The notes below the pieces were generated by a model. That model was not told the origin of the DNA and did not search any database. It worked only from the letters and a program-made list of their open reading frames with translations. Positions 1 through 12,596 of a stretch of 64,000 nt of DNA are shown piece after piece (the first letter of the stretch is position 1; each line of letters opens with the position of its first letter). The stretch is from Octopus sinensis (taxonomy: Eukaryota): contig NC_043002.1 in assembly GCF_006345805.1 (NCBI RefSeq), positions 57,288,001 through 57,352,000 on the forward strand. The letters run 5' to 3'. Position numbers and translations under genes: made by a program.

Positions 1-156
1 GAAATGCCGTTAAGCAGTCTGTCCTGCGTCCTAACGATTCTGCCAGCCCGCCGCCCTAACAACAAACAACAACAACAACAACAACAACCAACAACAACAA
101 CAACCACAACAACAACCAACAACACAACAACAACAACAACAACAATAATAATAATA

Positions 157-195
<39 letters not shown>

Positions 196-348
196 CAACA
201 ATAATGAAAGTTTGCCTCCTTGACACGACCAGAATAATCAGAAAGGTATTAACTGAAAAGAATGGATAGCATGGTACCAAGCTCGCTACGCATGTAACAC
301 ACCAGGAGCTTTCTCAAAACCTGTGATAAAGACAAACAATAATTATAC

Positions 349-560
349 TTTCTACTAAAGGCACAAGGCCTGAAATTTGTGGGGAGGGGACTAGTCGAAT
401 ACATCGACCTCAGTCTTTCACTGGTACTTAATTTATCGACATCGAAACGATAAAAGGCATAGCCGATCTCGGCGGAATTTGAACTCAGAACGCAGCGACG
501 GTCGAAATACCGTTAAGGATTTCGCCCAGCGTGCTGACTATTCTGCTAGCTCGCTTCCTA
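349..560 (-). mobile_element. tRNA-derived SINE, family A (representative minus-strand copy)
   Basis: Reverse complement has an A-box-like head, GTTCAAATTCC B box and body GACTTTGCCTTTCATCCTTTCGGGGTCGATAAA-like. About 15-20 degenerate copies in the window (e.g. 1370-1850, 7640-8480, 32040-33190, 45325-45530, 50350-50820, 61480-61700). Confidence 0.8.
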
Positions 561-612
561 AATAATAATGATGATAACAACAACATCAACAACAAAAATA
601 ATGATAATAATA

Positions 613-1180
613 AATGCCCTGATGCAGTATCAGACAGTGGCTCTCATGGCCTTTGGTCTTAACTGATTAGAAGTATTATCCTGTATATTGTTTTGTCTTG
701 GTATAAAAGATGGGTTACAGTAAATATTCTTCTCAATACCACAGATTTGCATGTCAGTTGTTTCACCTTAAACAGCAAAAGCATATCCTTAGGTGGCTGA
801 CGATATATGCGTCTCTGATCACGAGCAGAAGTTGTGGGGGAGCATCATAACCATGTGTTGAGAGGAATTATTTGAGGGTTTGAATAATTCACCTCTGGAA
901 ACATGGGTGTTTTGTTCAGTATCCTTAAACAAACCCTTATTGAGAGACCTTTTGAGCAGGATGAGCTACTCAACCATAAGAAAATCCTAACTGGGACTCA
1001 CCTGCAAGGTCATGCGCTGTTTATCTTGATATGAGATCGCAATGTTACACACATATGGTTGTGATGCATGTGCCTGGTGCATCCTTATTAGAGAGGTAGT
1101 CATGATGATATGCTGGGCTTTGTATATTTGTGCCCCTGTGTCACTTTTGTGGCTTGCACTGCTCTCTCACTCTATAATAA
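613..1180 (+). mobile_element. Non-coding interspersed element, family C (~570 bp, (AAT)n-flanked)
   Basis: Homologous copies at ~38000-38430 (+), 59709-60250, 60268-60718, 60961-61380 (-) and a fragment at 53745-53810. Ends ...CTCTCTCACTC(AAT)n. Confidence 0.8.
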
Positions 1181-1993
1181 CATCAACCGTTTTCAGTATA
1201 GGTTAAGGCCAAAAATTTATTATATACCTTAGCCAGTTACAGTTAGCTAGTTGAGTACTGGGGTCAATGTATCCGATTTGTCCGCATTCCCGAAATTTGT
1301 GCCAAAATATGAAAGTATAAACTTCAAGGTTAGACATTTTTGTGGCCGGTTAAGTAAGTCAATTGAAATACTCCATTACTTGACAGATGCTTTATTTTAT
1401 CGGCTCCAGAGTGCGTTGAAAAGCTAAGTCAACCGCGAGGGAATTTGAACTCAGGACGCAAAAAACAATAAGAAATACACCAATACATTTTGTTCGATAC
1501 TCAAACGTTTCTGCAAATCGGTGTCCCTTCATTTGAGGAGAGGGTTAGTCGAGTATATTGGCTCCGGTTGAATAGCTGGTACTTTCGTTTTATCGATGAG
1601 AGTTCAAATCAGAATGTAAAGAACAGCAACTAAATGTCAAATAGCATTTCATCCGATGCTCTACCGACTCCACCAAACCATCTAGTTGATAATTTCTTAT
1701 TTAGGTAGAAGGGCAGCAATAGCAATTGAGCGGCAGGGCAGTGTGTGTGTGTATGATCCCTGTTCTTGTTTGGTACTCTGTTTTATCGATTCCAGAAGAA
1801 TGAAATACAATGTTGAACTTGGGCGGGATTTGAACTTGTAAAGAAATCTAAAATGATAATGGTATAAATTTTAATGAACCTCCTCCAAGGCAAAAGAATT
1901 CTACAAAACACCCAGAATATATTTATTCTGCAAGTCGGAAAAATATTGCCGTATGTTAATAATGTATGTGTTTGCGAAAATAAGTAAATACCT

Positions 1994-2419
1994 ATGTATG
2001 TATGTATGTATGTATGTATGTATGTATGTATGTATGTATGTATGTATGTATGTATGTATGTATGTATGTGTGTATGTATATATGTGTGTGTGTGTATGTA
2101 TGTATGTGTGTGTGTATGTATGTGGGTGTGTATGCATGTGCGTGTGATTGCATTGGAGTATATGCGTATGTATGCATGTATGTGTGTGTGTGTATGTATA
2201 TATGTATGTATGTGCGTGTATGTATGTATGTGTGTATGTATGCATGTATGTATGTATGTGTGTGTGTATGTATGTGTGTGTATGTTTGTGTTTGTGAATA
2301 TTTGAATGTATGTATGTATGCGCGTGTGAATGTATAAGAGTATATGTGTATGTATGCATGTATGTGTGTATATATGTGTTTATATATGTACGTATGTAAA
2401 TATGTATGTGTATTTGTTC

Positions 2420-2457
<38 letters not shown>

Positions 2458-2592
2458 ATGTGTGTGTGTATGTGTTTGTGTATGTATGTATATACATATA
2501 TATATATATAAATAAATGTATGTTTATGTAGATACATACATACATGTATGTACGTATGTATATATGTATATTGGTATGCATATATATATATA

Positions 2593-2646
<54 letters not shown>

Positions 2647-2660
2647 TATATATACGTATA
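1994..2660. repeat. Compound (TATG)n/(TG)n/(TA)n microsatellite (representative of dozens in the window)
   Basis: Directly visible; source of the MYVC/HTYI-type ORFs. Confidence 0.97.
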
Positions 2661-2899
2661 TATGAAGAGGGAAGAAGACAAAAAAAGAACGTATGAAACT
2701 TTTATAGGACGATAAATATGGCTTCCTATTGTCAGGGTATATAATATGCAGGTGTATATGAAGATAAAACCATTCATTGTTACCATAACAAACATAAAGA
2801 TTGACATCTGCTGGATTTACTCGAAAATACCAATGTATAAAGATTTGACATTCAGAGAACAAAAAAAAAAAAAACAAGCTCGGAGTGCAGCAGCAACTA

Positions 2900-2902
2900 T
2901 GA

Positions 2903-2958
<56 letters not shown>

Positions 2959-2963
2959 CATCA

Positions 2964-2998
<35 letters not shown>

Positions 2999-3006
2999 TT
3001 ATATTT

Positions 3007-3041
<35 letters not shown>

Positions 3042-3148
3042 TAACAACGATGGTGATGATGATAATGGTGATGGTGGTGGTAATGATAATGATAGCAGCA
3101 ACGATAATAATAAACAATAGCAGAAACAATAATAGTAATAGTAATAAC

Positions 3149-3222
<74 letters not shown>

Positions 3223-3538
3223 TAATAATAATAATAATGATAATAATAATAGTAATTATAATAGTAATAGTAGTAGTAGCAGAAGTAGTAGTAGTAGTTG
3301 TAATAAAACCTGTTAATAATAAAGGTAATAGCAAAAATAAAAATTACAAGCACAATAGTAATAATGATAGTGGTGGTGGTTGTAATGATAATGATGATGA
3401 AGATGATGATGATGAAGATGATGATGATGAGGATGAGGATGAGGATGGTGATGGTGGTGGTGGTGATTACACCTGCAGTAACAGCAATAGTAATATTACT
3501 GTCAATGACTATGCTAAGTAAAAGTAATAGTAAACAGT

Positions 3539-3618
<80 letters not shown>

Positions 3619-3650
3619 GATATGATAATGATAATAATAATTGTAATGTT
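2900..3650. repeat. Compound trinucleotide microsatellite (ATT/AAT/GAT/GGT/AGT)n
   Basis: Directly visible. Confidence 0.97.
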
Positions 3651-3786
3651 GTTATGAGTCCGAATATGCTTCATGTATGTTCGAACTGGGGAACAAGCTA
3701 CTTTGTCACAGAGAATATATTTTGCTTGTTGACAAATGGTGTGTACACACCTAGATCACCTCGCAGCATCACCTACCTAGACTGTG

Positions 3787-4093
3787 ATAGCAAAAGGGGC
3801 TGATTGCTACCTAGTTCAGATACCAGGAAACCGCAAAATGGCAAAAATTCAAAAGATAGAGCTCATGGGAACTGCCCATATCCTACATAAAACACTGTCT
3901 ATGCAATCTCAAATTTTATAACAAACACATAATTTTCTTAATTTTTTTTTAAACATTCTCTAAAATAATACTATGTACAAAACCAAATATATGGCACTCT
4001 AGGCATAAAACCAACATGAACTTGTTGTCTCCTTAGGTCTCTGGGTGAGACTTGGAGTCAACTTGTACAAATACAAAGCAAAAGTAAAACATA

Positions 4094-4095
<2 letters not shown>
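3787..4095 (+). mobile_element. R4/Dong-like (RLE-type) LINE 3' end
   Basis: 3787-3921 reads IAKGADCYLVQIPGNRKMAKIQKIELMGTAHILHKTLSMQSQIL*, the C-terminal helix typical of R4/Rex6/Dong ORFs; 3' UTR followed by (ACT)n/(AAT)n. Confidence 0.7.
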
Positions 4096-4131
<36 letters not shown>

Positions 4132-4171
4132 ATAATATAATATAATAATAATATAATAATAATAATGATAC

Positions 4172-4240
<69 letters not shown>

Positions 4241-4279
4241 TAATAATAATAAATAATAATAATAATAATAATAATAATA

Positions 4280-4678
4280 GGAGCAGGAGCGGATGTGTGG
4301 TAAGTAGCTTGCTTACCAATCACATGGTTCCGGGTTCAGTCCCACTGCGTGGCACCTTCGGCAAGTCTCTTCTGCTATAGTCTCGCACCGACCAAAGCCG
4401 TGTGCGTAGGTTTGGCAGACGGAAGCTGGAAGGAGCCTGTTGTATATATATTGATATATATACTTATATATGCTTGTGTGTCTGTGTTTGTCCCCCCCCC
4501 ACCATCGCTTGACAACCGATGATGGTGAGTCTACGGCTCCGTAACTTAGCAGTTCGCAAAAGAGACCGATAGAATAAGTACTAAGCTTACAAAGAGTAAG
4601 TTCTGGTGTCGATTTGTACGACTAAAGGCAGTGCACCAGCATGGCCGCAGTCAAATGACTGAAACAAATAAAAGAGAA
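4280..4678 (+). mobile_element. tRNA-derived CORE-like SINE, family B (resembles octopus OR-type SINEs)
   Basis: Head with GGTTCAGTCCC B box, CORE-like ACCTTCGGCAAGT, internal TA/TG microsatellite, tail GTGCACCAGCATGGCCGCAGTCAAATGACTGAAAC. Family naming is from memory, not a search. Confidence 0.8.
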
Positions 4679-4995
4679 AATAATAATGATGACGATATTT
4701 TTTCGTCGAACAGACATCAGCGTTTTCAATTGCATGGCACTCCTCACCCGTCAGCATCTGCACTGGCAAAACCTTGTGGTCCATCTACGTCTCTGATTGT
4801 GACTTGAGTACAACTCGTATAAATTAAAGCAAATATCCAAAATGTTGCGTAATGACAATGATATTTATAATTTATGAATTCATTAATATAACTTCACAAT
4901 AAAAAGGGAGTGTTCCGATATATAGTGGTATACACATCTCATTGAACTTTTTTAGGGAGTGTGCAACGAGTTAGGCATTTCATGATAAAATTTAT

Positions 4996-5352
4996 AACAA
5001 GGGCACTCAGAGAGCGCAAACCTCCACCAAAGCAACACCAACGTCCTCTCAATGATTTGTCTGAGAGGAATTTTAAATGAGAATATCTGAAATAAACTCG
5101 ACTGCTCTCACAAACGAGAATACTAAAAATGTACTCGACCACTCTAAGAAATTAAGTAAAAAAAACAGGGAAAATAATCCAGAAAATAAACCGGATCGAT
5201 GCCAAAATCTAATCAGTTCGTGTCAGTCACGTGGTCAAACATCCCTGAAAGTTTCATCTGAATTCCTCCTTCGGTTCTTGAGATATTTTGTTCACGGACA
5301 AACAAACACGACTGTAAACAATAACTCCGCCTTCGCTAAGTCGGAGATAATA
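4996..5352 (+). mobile_element. Helentron/DINE-1-like non-autonomous element (HINE-type)
   Basis: 5' subterminal ACCTCCACC (5020-5028) and 3' hairpin CTCCGCCTTCGCTAAGTCGGAG (5325-5346), whose right arm is complementary to the 5' motif; short (CAAA)n. This is the architecture of DINE-1-like elements. Confidence 0.55.
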
Positions 5353-6000
5353 ATATCAATAATAATGATAAGAATAACAGATACAATGTGAAGTAGCGAG
5401 ATAAGAAGAAGAGGAAGAAAAGGAAGAAGAAGAAGGGGAAGAAGAAGAAAAAGAAGGGGAAGAAGAAGAAGAAGAAAATACACACCAAGAAGATAAATAC
5501 GCCATATTTTAAACATAACAAGATAGAGAGTTTTAGAAGTGAATGAGACCAGCTTTAAATGAAGATCGGAGATGATTGGTGGATTGGTTGACCACAATTA
5601 ATAAGGCAAAAATATTATGCCAGGAAAATCGCACTCACAAATAGAAATGAACAAATTATAGTAGAAGCGAAAACGTGTTTTTCTTTACCGAATCGAAGAA
5701 CTTACGCTACAGTAAATATGGCGTAAATAACAACATTGCGATGACGAAGAGAAGGATGGAGATAAATTGATAAAAGTGTTTCTATGTTGAAAAACTAAAA
5801 CGTTAAATGTAAATATGTGTCTTAATCATTTAGATGTGAACCAACTGTTGCATCGATAGAAATCGAAAAGAATCACTTACGCATACGCACACACAAACAT
5901 ACGCGGGCATACACGCACACGCGCACGCACACGCACACGCACACGCGCACACACACAGATGCGAGTACACGCAAAGTTTCACACATATATATTAAACCTA

Positions 6001-6057
<57 letters not shown>

Positions 6058-7246
6058 ATATATCTGTGTGTATGTGTATAAATATATATACATATATACA
6101 ACATATGTCTGCATATATACATATGTGTACACACATGTATATATGTTTTTGTGTGTGTATACGTATATTTTACACACATATACTTAAATATACATATATA
6201 GCAAATATATACATATGAATATATATAAATATATATGTGAACATATATACATATAATATAATTATATATATAATAATATATATTATATATATATATATAT
6301 ATATAATATATATATATACAGACATATACAGACATATATATGCATATATGTGTTAACATATATATACACATATATACACATATATATGCATTATATATGT
6401 TTTTGCACACGCATACGCTCATATAGATATACACACATATATACACACATGCATATATATGTGTTTACATACATATATATATATATATAAGGGTACATAT
6501 ACATACATATGTAGAAATATACTTCACGCATTCATATGCGCGTGTATATGTGTGCGCATGGGTATACGTATATACATCACATTGCAACTAGAGTGAGAAA
6601 GAAAAAGAAAAAAACAGAAATAGTGAAAATTGTATAAATCCACAGAAAGAGTAAAAAAAAACAATAGAATACAAAATATATATCTAATTCGCAGAGTATT
6701 ACAAGATAAAGAAATAAGAATAAAAACAAAATGGAGAAGTTTATACGCCAACTAATGAATGTTGATATCACAGGATATAATTTGATAGCTGAGCTGTAAA
6801 AAATATCGTGAAATGAGAAATTTCATGTGTCTTTCCCAAAAGTATGCATCAAGTAGCGGATAAGATATGAAAAACTGGTTGCATCGAGCAGCAGACTTAC
6901 TTAGATTATGCTTGATGACAAAGAGACCGTAACCTGGGATATGTCAAATACATAGACAAAAAGATTAAGGCTAATTGGAGGATATTGTTATCCGAAGACA
7001 CCCAATATATATATATAAACACATACATATAGGCTTGGTAGAATAAACAAGAAAACTGGAGCTGAAAACATGGGTATATATAAATTTTATTTTCAACCAA
7101 CAGAAGTTACAACATGACTAAAGAATCGAGGGTTTTGTGTATGGGCTAGTTTAAAAATTCTGTTTATAGTATGTATGTATGTATGTATGTATGTATGTAT
7201 GTATGTATGTATGTATGTATGTATGTATGGTGTGTGTGTATGTATG

Positions 7247-7301
<55 letters not shown>

Positions 7302-7333
7302 ATATATATACATGTATATATATATATATATAG

Positions 7334-7386
<53 letters not shown>

Positions 7387-8794
7387 ATTTATATAATATA
7401 TAAATACGTATGTATATTTATGTATGCATCTTTATATATTTACCTGTGTGTGTGTATGGATATATGTATATGTACATTTGTAAATGGAGAAATCATTCCT
7501 ATATAAAGATCTGAAAAATAAGGTTAACCAGAATGTAAAAAACAGCATTTGCACACGTGATATAATAGAACACAAGAAACTAATATAATAACTTCGCATG
7601 TAGCCAATGCCAACCCGGCTGGGCTCGGTAGTGCAATGAAAACCCGCAATAAAAATAAAACTAGTGAATAATAATTGCCTGTAATAAAGGTATTAGGACT
7701 GAAACATGGTGATCTTGGCTGTGATGGAATAAGTCAAAACAGTACTTCCATTCTTGAAGGATAAAAATGATCAAAGCGGGATATGAACTCGGAATGCAGA
7801 GTGCCGTCACAAAAGCACACTTAAAATATTTGTTGTAACGCACTTGCCATCTAATTGCCAGTTCTCCAGTGTAACCGTTCTATTAATAATGATTTCAAAG
7901 TCTCGCTCAAAGTCGGTAATTTTAGGGACAGGGTTAGCCGATTAGATCAACACCAGTGGTCAGCTGGTCCTTATTTTATCGATCGCAGGAAGATGAAAGG
8001 CTAAGTCGACGTCAATGGAATTTGAACTTAGAATGTAAAGCCGGAAGAAAATACTGTTGAGTATTTTGTCCGACACGATAAAAATTCTCCCAGTTGGTAT
8101 CATTGACCGCTCTGATGGCAATATTTAATCTATTTATTAAAGGCACAAGAATTTTGAGGGGAGGATTTTTGTCAAATCCATCGTCCCCAGCACTTGGTTG
8201 ATACTTTATTTTAACGACCCAAAAGGGAAATAAGCAAAGTTGGCCTCGATGGAATTTGAGCCCAAAGCGTAAAGAATCGGAACTAAATAGTGCCAAGCAT
8301 TTCTCCCGACGCTCTACCAACTTGTCGCTTTAATGAATATAAGAATTACTTCTAAAAGAGGCGTAAAGTCATGAATTTAGAAGGAGTTATGATTCTTTTT
8401 ATATGGTCAAAGAATGTGACTGGTATTTTATTTGATCCTGGATCGAAGGCCAAGTTGACCTGCGCAGGTTTGAAGGGGTTCTTGCATAGGCACAAAAGGA
8501 ATAAAGGATTAATGAGATCGTGTGACGCTCACGCCTTTCTTAAGAGATTTAGAGGCAAAATATAAAAGTTCCGGCTTAACTGGAATTTGAAACCAGTTCC
8601 TGTACTTAAATGGGTGATAGCTAGGAGCAAATATCACACAACAACAAGACAAAAGCAACAATAGAAGAGATAATTATGAAGTATAAACAGCAATAACGAC
8701 AACGACAGCCACGATAAAGATGAATATGGCGAATGTCACGTGATTGATGAAGACAAGCTTTTAGTCATCGTTGGAGTCAATGGTGTGTGTTTTT

Positions 8795-8800
8795 TTTATT
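8795..8800 (-). promoter_or_regulatory. Candidate polyadenylation signal (AATAAA) for caveolin 3' UTR
   Basis: tttatt on plus, about 230 nt past the first stop; the hexamer is common in AT-rich DNA, so support is weak. Confidence 0.25.
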
Positions 8801-9025
8801 GCAAACATCAACTGAAAAAGATGGAGAGCAGGGAAATGAGTGTAGTTAACAAACATCATTGTTTAATTATGTTTCGTTCGTATTTCTCTTCTAAATCATT
8901 CACATTCAATCGGTTTTCACATCAACGACGGTTCTTCCCTCAGCATCTATGACTTCTTCTGTACGCGGAATGTCAATCACGCTCTCTGCATTAACGGCGG
9001 CCATTCTTTGGCCGCTCCACTTATG

Positions 9026-9289
9026 TCATTCACCCGCGAGAGCCATCTTTACGGAGGTGATGCAATCGCTGAGAGTGACGAACAGTGGCCGGAAGACAAC
9101 TTCGAGTATCATGTCCCATACTTGTCTGATGAGGTGACATTCTATGGCCAGGCACCGTACCAATGGGTTCACTACCCATACGTTACAAAAACTCATGCAG
9201 GCGAAGTTGATACCACACAACACAGCCATCGGCAGTGCCAGAGCTGTGGACGTAATTCGATAGCACCAGATTTTGGTTACATTGAATAC
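9026..9289 (-). CDS. Cav: Caveolin, terminal coding exon (87 aa + TGA): end of scaffolding domain, intramembrane hairpin and C-terminus
   Basis: Manual translation VFNVTKIWCYRITSTALALPMAVLCGINFACMSFCNVWVVNPLVRCLAIECHLIRQVWDMILEVVFRPLFVTLSDCITSVKMALAGE* aligns by eye to caveolin-1 [58 protein letters not shown]...DPLF, with both conserved prolines. Acceptor ttttttttcttttctctag|GTA at 9290/9289, phase 0. Paralog identity not determined. Confidence 0.93.
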   Translation of the reverse strand, partial: VFNVTKIWCYRITSTALALPMAVLCGINFACMSFCNVWVVNPLVRCLAIECHLIRQVWDMILEVVFRPLFVTLSDCITSVKMALAGE

Positions 9290-9410
9290 CTAGAGAAAAG
9301 AAAAAAAAACAGAAGTGTTAGTGTACTGTGTAGGTATGAATACACACACACACACATACACACACACACGCACACACACAGACACACACACACATACATA
9401 CACACACACA

Positions 9411-9787
9411 TGTTGAATAAAATAAGTTAACAAGGCCAAAGCAATTTGATATTCCTAGGACATTTATAAATAGAAAGTTGGTCTTACTGCTGTTTCAGGG
9501 AAATAAATGATATCCCATTATCAGAGACGAGTTAAAAGAGCTTCAGTAGAAGGAAATAGTAGAGTTCATATTTTTAGAAGAAGTTATTCTGGAGAAGGAG
9601 AGATATACAAGAAAATAACTTCTTAAAGAATGAACTTTACTAATTCCTTCTATTGAAGCTTTTTCAACTCGTCTCTGATGATGGGATATCATATATTTTC
9701 CTGAAACAGCAGTAAGATCAACTTTCTGTTTATGAATGTCCTAGCAATATCAAATTGCCTTGGCCTTGTTATCTATTTTCTTTGACA
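9411..9787. mobile_element. Foldback MITE with ~170-bp TIRs, TGT...ACA termini, in (CA)n
   Basis: Left arm ...AACAAGGCCAAAGCAATTTGATATTCCTAGGACATT... is the reverse complement of right arm ...AATGTCCTAGCAATATCAAATTGCCTTGGCCTTGTT...; a degenerate single-arm relative lies at ~18345-18500. Confidence 0.85.
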
Positions 9788-9991
9788 CGCTCACACTAGA
9801 CCTGTCTCGGACTCCTCAGTCATACTATTACTGAACGGCGAGCTTAACAACGGTTCTTCCGTAGCGCTTACTTAGCCTTATTTGCCTTTTGGGTTATCTG
9901 GATATCAAAACATCATATATATATATACACACACACACCACACACACACACACATACATATATATATTATATATATATGTATATATATATA

Positions 9992-10043
<52 letters not shown>

Positions 10044-10116
10044 ATTTATGTGTGTCGTATGTGTATGAGTGTGTATATATATGTATGTATATATATATTA
10101 ATATATATATATATAT

Positions 10117-10161
<45 letters not shown>

Positions 10162-11365
10162 GTGTGGTGTGTGCGTGTGTGTGAGTGTATGTATATCTTT
10201 TTATATATGAATTAACGATGCTACTATTGGTTTCATGCGAATAAACTCGCAATTTTCAACCGTTCCACATGAAAGTGTTGATAATCCGTCTTCCTGTTGG
10301 ATAAAAGCTCCGTCATATTACACTGGACTTTACGAGATTTCAAACGATATTTTATGCAAGCATACACACACTCACACGTATACATGCAATATAGATATAT
10401 ACACATATACATATATAAAAGAATACATACTTCACACGTATCATTTATCTTTATTTCAATCATTAGACTGTGGCCATGCTGCGGCATCACCTCGAAAGGT
10501 TCTAGATGAACGAATTTACCCCAACACTTATTTTTGAAAATCCGGTACTTATTCTATCGGACTCTTTTGCCGAAGCGCTAAGTTACCAGGAAGTAAATAA
10601 AAACAACTGGTTTTCAAGCGATGGCGGGGTAAAAGCTCAAACACAAATGCACACACACGCACACACACATGCTCAAGTATATGCAGAATCTGTACAGTGA
10701 AGAAGGGTTCGTGTGATGTTCGATAATCTAGAGTACGCAGCGAAAGAAAGTTTAGCAATAATATTGCATTGCAATTTATTGAAGAGCAAAACGAAGAGAA
10801 AGAAAGATCAGAAAGAAAGAAAGAAAGGAAGAAAGAAAGAAAGAAGGAAAGAAAGGAAAAGGACAACGGCGACAGGAAATAGAACGAATGAAGCAGTTTT
10901 GGAGATTCTGAGATTTTACGACGGGAGAAAGTGATATCAAGTTTATGTTTAGCGCAAAGATATTCGAAAGGTTTACACTTCAAAATGGTTGACATTAATG
11001 TGAAGAGCAGATGAGCACTGAGTTCAGCCGCTTCTGAAGCACTATATTGTACATTATCGAATACAAGTAGAATAGATTTCACTCTGCCAGTTTCCCTGTT
11101 CTTAATTGCGTTATAGATATGTTCGTTTTCATAAAATGCCTTATGTTCATAGCATACAGATCATAAATGCTCATTTCAAGAGGTTTAGTATTTCAGTTGT
11201 CAGTTTCATGCTATTGTTAACGACATCCTTTCAATGGCAAAGAGATCCAACACTTCTTTTGTTCAAGCAGCAGCCTTAATAAATAACAGTACTTTTCTTA
11301 TCAACATTATCTGTCGCTCCAACTCTATGGTCGCCCCAGTACAGTGTGCATTTCGTATTTGCATA

Positions 11366-12238
11366 TAGGAGGTGGTTTCAAAGAGCTCCCGGACTAGTTA
11401 TGCTTAATACAAAATAACTTATTTATCTAAATTTTAACATTACCTTCTTCGAAATAGTCATCTTGTACAGCAATGCAATCGGTCCCAGCGTTCCTGCCGC
11501 TTTTGGAATTCGGCCTGGAAGTCATCTTTCGTAAGCGAGTCAAGGACCTTCTGCGATTCGCTCTAGATCTCGACAACGGTATTAAAACGGCGACCTTTGA
11601 GTTGCGTTTTCCTCTTGGGGAAGAGTTGGAAGTCCACAGGTGCTAAGTCTGGCGAATGGCATGGGTGCAGAAGTGATACCATTTTGTTTTTGGCGAGGAA
11701 CTCACGAGTGAGGAGAGCTTTGTGACAGGGTGATTGTGGTCGTGAAGAATCCAATTTTTCACGCTCCACAGATCCGGGCTCTCTCGCCGAATGTCCTCCA
11801 TCAAACGCTTCCAAACGTCACACTAGAACTCTCTGTCGACGGTCAGGCCCCGGGAAACGAATTCTCGATGCACAAAACTCGGATGTCAAAACCCTATGAG
11901 TATGCTCTTAATTGAGCTGCAGCTCTGTCGTGCGCCTGTTCCATTCCAAACATTACATACGACCCATTGCTGGTCACCGTAAGCTTGCCGAAGCATGTTC
12001 AATGTGCTCTCCAAACTTTAAAGCAAAATTTCACGTTGGCTTTTCGTGTCCATAACAAAATTACAGACTATAGCATACACGTGACCACAAAACACAAATT
12101 TCACAACTTGTGAAGTAAACATAGCGATATCACCCGGCACACTGCCTCATAAAGATCACTGCTAGCTCTCACTGTGCACGCAATCGTGTTGGCGCACTAC
12201 AGAGTTAGTACGGAAAATATTTGATATCACCTCGAATA
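11366..12238 (-). mobile_element. Internally deleted mariner transposon (irritans/mellifera-like, D,D34D type) with both degenerate TIRs
   Basis: Minus translation gives HTH piece NMLRQAYGDQAMGR, then FDIR..HREFVSRGLTVDREF, KNWILHDHNHPCH, HSPDLAPVDFQLFPKRKTQLKGRRF and RWDRCIAVQDDYFE. Ends GAGGTGGTTTCAAAGAGCTCCCGGACTA / TAGTACGGAAAATATTTGATATCACCTC. Stops and frameshifts present. Confidence 0.88.
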
Positions 12239-12239
12239 C

Positions 12240-12555
12240 ACCGGCCACCACCCATTTGTAACACCCCAACAGTATAACATTCCCACCTTCTTTTTTACTT
12301 CGATCCCTGTTTTCCCTCTCACTCTACCTTTCACTGACTATTCCACTTCTCTCTCCCGCTATGTTTTTCTTTTCCGAGATGAAAAACCCTCGTACGAAAC
12401 GTCAAGATAATTTCTCTTACCATTAAAATGCTAAGCTTGTCTGTTTCATACTCGCGCGCGCACACACACAGACACATCTTTCCTTCCTCCTCTCTTAAAT
12501 TCTTAAACTGTAAATCATTTCCACCTGGTTTCCAAATCTTCATTCGTTATTTCTT

Positions 12556-12596
<41 letters not shown>

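Noticed and set aside
10549-11082. 177-aa minus-strand ORF
   Set aside because: Starts in a SINE B fragment, crosses a (GAAA)n tract, and has no recognisable domain.
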